DNA of 64,000 nucleotides, taken from NCBI GenBank assembly GCA_002269645.1, contig NIVC01000649.1:1-64000 (forward strand), in the 5' to 3' direction. Numbering within the stretch: position 1 is the first letter of the stretch; every line of letters starts with the position of its first letter. Shown here piece after piece: positions 61,051 through 64,000 of this stretch. The position numbers and the translations under genes are program-made. The notes beneath the pieces were generated by a model. The model was given only the letters and a program-made list of their open reading frames with translations, was not told the origin of the DNA and did no database searches. Source of the stretch: Macrostomum lignano. Its lineage: Eukaryota.

Positions 61051-61208
61051 CTAAGCATGGGCCTCAATTTCCCTGGCCACACTGTCCCTTCGAAGTGAAT
61101 CGCGTCGATGTCGCAGACTCAGCGCCAAGCCGATGCTGATGTAGTAAAAGAACTCAAGCAGCTCGCAGATTGTCAGAACAGATATTCCGCTCCATAGGCC
61201 TAGAGCTC
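61051..61208 (-). CDS. Terminal coding exon of a DEG/ENaC (ASIC/FaNaC-like) channel: TM2 and short C-tail
   Basis: TTTTTTCAG|GA GCT CTA GGC CTA TGG AGC GGA ATA TCT GTT CTG ACA ATC TGC GAG encodes GALGLWSGISVLTICE, the DEG/ENaC TM2 GxS selectivity-filter motif. Upstream exons were not found in the window. Confidence 0.85.
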
Positions 61209-61479
61209 CTGAAAAAAGAAAGTTTATACAATAGGTGTACATGCATTTATTAAACTGCGCAAACCTTCACAAAGTGGAGGGGGGCACTGCCCTTCACAAA
61301 TCCAATGAGGGACCCATATCTAGTGGAAGTTGAGGTTGTCAAAGACCCCCAGGAAAGAATGAAAGTCCCTTGTCGAGGATCCCCATTCACTGCAGTGGCA
61401 GCCACAGCCATAAACTCCACTGGACCATAGAAAATAAAGCAAGCCAATCAATATTGATAAAAGGGATTTCTCATAGCCA

Positions 61480-61900
61480 GAGTTGATGGGTTCGGGCTTC
61501 TTAAGCTTTTTTGATCGGAAACTTTTCCGTCCTCAGAGTCCAGAAATGAATCACTGAGCACTCTAGCTAGCCTTGCATTCCTGTCAGATGGTAGGTCAAT
61601 AATATGGCTAAAAGAGAGGAGAGCGAGAGACTAGTAGGGAGAATTTGAAAGGGGTAGAAAACAACAAATCCTAGGATTTATGCTAATCCGCCATCACAAG
61701 CTGAATAGGCTTTACGAAGCAGCACTTTCGAAATCAGTTTTTTGACTAGAATTGCAGCTTCTGCACGTACCTGCCAACTAGTGTCTTAGTATACCTATAG
61801 CTGTCCATCTCCGATGTATAAAGCTGGACGCTGCGAGGACTAGATCGTATTGATCATGCAGCAGGGACAGAGTGGACTTTTTGTGGGGGTTCTTGCGCTG
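61480..61900 (-). mobile_element. Decayed dispersed repeat, possibly Penelope-like GIY-YIG region (copy 2)
   Basis: Homologous to 7230-7760. The minus strand reads NTI*SSQRPALYIG. Confidence 0.45.
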
Positions 61901-62949
61901 TCTGAATACATGATCAAAAAACTAAATTCTCAGAAAGTATTCGGGATTTCCAATACCTGTTTGATCGATAGACTGATGGGCTGGAAAACCTCGATCAGTA
62001 AAGTGGCCACTCATCTTGTCCAGCATTGCGATAAGAGTTGCACTTGAAAACTTAAATGATCGAAATTTGACTTTCTCTTTAATTTAAAGTTATTTGCTTT
62101 GAACTGAATCGGAGCAATAGGAATTGAAGTTCTTCCACAAAAATAGCACATTTAAACGAGAGGTGAGAAGGGCCGATTTGTTATACTCAGTGTGGAATTT
62201 TCTTATTGGACGAGCTCAGGATGACTAGCTCGACTTTCAAGACCTCGCAAAATCCTTTGCGCCTGCATGGCGACCTCTCATACATGTACCCCAGGGAGGG
62301 GGGTCGCCATCATTAACACGAAAAATCACAATTTTGAAAAGCGCTTTCTATCATAAACCCGAAACAGCATCACTTCGAAAACCAAAATAGTGTTGGACGT
62401 TGCTAGAACTTTCGAAGTTGTGATATTTCGGGTTTATGATAACTCGGGTTTATTATATTTCAGGTTAAGTAGTTAAAGTATTAAGTATGAGTAGTTGAAG
62501 ACAAACAGAAGACAAACTATCTATCGAAATGCTATACTTTCTGGAGCGAGAAATGATAGCTATATACGATAATAAATCGAAAAATGTGAAAAATTGTGAC
62601 GCCCTAAAACAGGTGAGCATGAATCAAAGTTCAACATTTAGGAGTCATACTCGTGTTTATTTACTACGTTTAGTAGCACACAGTTTATTTTTTCAGTAGT
62701 ATTGATCGAAATAGGCAGTTATAAATGTAGCAATTGAGTAAGATTCAAGTAAGATAATGAATTATTTTTCTTATAAATTGCCATAAAAATAGTAAGAATA
62801 AACAATAGAAGTATAGTTTTGATAAATTGCCATTAATTCAAACAGTCACTTTTACTAGGACACAATCGTTCTCTCATTCGTAGTTTAATTAACTTTGAAT
62901 ATTCGCAGTTAGACTAGGAATTTAACTAGGAATAAGCTTCGAATTTCCT

Positions 62950-64000
62950 AAGAGGGTATGCTCAATTCAGAAAGGCCTTCAACTCAACGCAAATGTAAAA
63001 CAGAAAGAAACACTAAAATGGCGTCGCAGTCACTTGGTGAAGCCCGATAGATCTCAAATTCGGAATCCAGCCAAGATGAACGGCTGGTATAAAAAAGTCA
63101 GACACGTTTCTGCCCCGACAAACAAATCTGAGCTCGCCAGCTTTTGGGACTGGTCAACTGCTTTAGGAGACTGATTTCGAACTTGGCTCAAAAGACTGCT
63201 CCTCTTAATTAACTGCAAAAATCTAACACCAACTTTGACTGGACCGATGAGTGCTCTCGAGCTTTCGATAATCTCAAAGCTGAAGTCCCAATAGTGCAAT
63301 ATATAGTGCAAGCCCTATAGCCTATCAAAAGAGTTAACTCTAAGAAAGGATGCCTCAAAGAGCTCAATCGCCGCGTAGTGACATAGGAGAGGTATCCCAA
63401 AATATTTGTTTCGAGGACACTGTCAGCCGCCAAATCAAATTTCTCAAAAATCAAACTTCCTTCATGGCCGTTAGGCACGATTTTCAGCCACTGACTCGTC
63501 TCTTCTGGCTGTGACATCTCTACAGCTTTGCACACATCGTCGAGAATTGGGCGCTGGGCTATGCGTCTCATGCACTTTGACTCTTGAACATCGAGTATGT
63601 GCAAGAAGCTGCGATATTCCACACGCTGACGCTCCACATCGGCTCCGCTTCGACAACTATTTCGCAGACGACAAGGAAACGTTTGATACCATCAACGCCG
63701 AGGCATTCGAATCACTGGTGATCGAGGCCAAAAGAATTTTGACAAAAATGGACACAGAGACCCGTTCACCCAGAAGATACTCATGAGAATACGCCATGGA
63801 GACTGTCAGGGTTGCTCGCAAGCGGAGTCAAGTTTCAAAGCCATTTTCGAAAAGCTAGCGCTGGACAACAGACTTTTTACATGCAGAGGAGGCTTTTCAT
63901 CCCTCCAGCTTCGCCGGCCTGCCTCTCAATAAAGAAAGGCCACTTCGACTCAACACGAAGTCTTAACGCAGAAAAGCAATCATCAATAAAGAAAATCCTA
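62950..64000 (+). mobile_element. Degenerate Ty3/Gypsy LTR-retrotransposon pol fragment (RT thumb, RNase H, integrase N-terminus)
   Basis: Frameshifted peptides APTNKSELASF-GLVNCFRRLISNLAQKTAPL, FDWTDECSRAFDNLK, FVSRTLS, RIGRWAMRLMHFD, IEYV and HADA..RL match Gypsy pol consensus motifs. Multiple stops and indels are present. Confidence 0.85.

Overview
Eukaryotic, repeat-dense genomic DNA. Gene content, GT-AG introns filled with minisatellites and an AG-gated start of ZMAT5 suggest a free-living flatworm of the Macrostomum type; this is inference, not proven. Supported genes: an intronless tetraspanin (-), a small intronless secreted-peptide precursor (+), an intronless Cbl-family RING E3 ligase with a 1-bp frameshift (-), ZMAT5/U11-U12-20K (-), a 10-exon PDS5 cohesin cofactor (+), a 4-exon pyruvate-kinase-like gene with altered catalytic residues (-), a 4-exon GnRH/AKH-type class A GPCR (+) and the last exon of a DEG/ENaC channel (-). 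Mobile elements: a tRNA/CORE-type SINE, a Harbinger-like MITE with CAG target-site duplication, two diverged copies of a possible Penelope-like element and a decayed Ty3/Gypsy pol. About 25 distinct tandem arrays occur, and most long ORFs in the supplied track are artefacts of them. Main items for follow-up: intronic minisatellites whose units contain or abut the host intron's own splice signals, a possible pseudo-enzyme pyruvate kinase, a ZMAT5 exon whose Met1 may come from a spliced leader, an orphan peptide precursor, and single-base losses in three genes that look like assembly errors.
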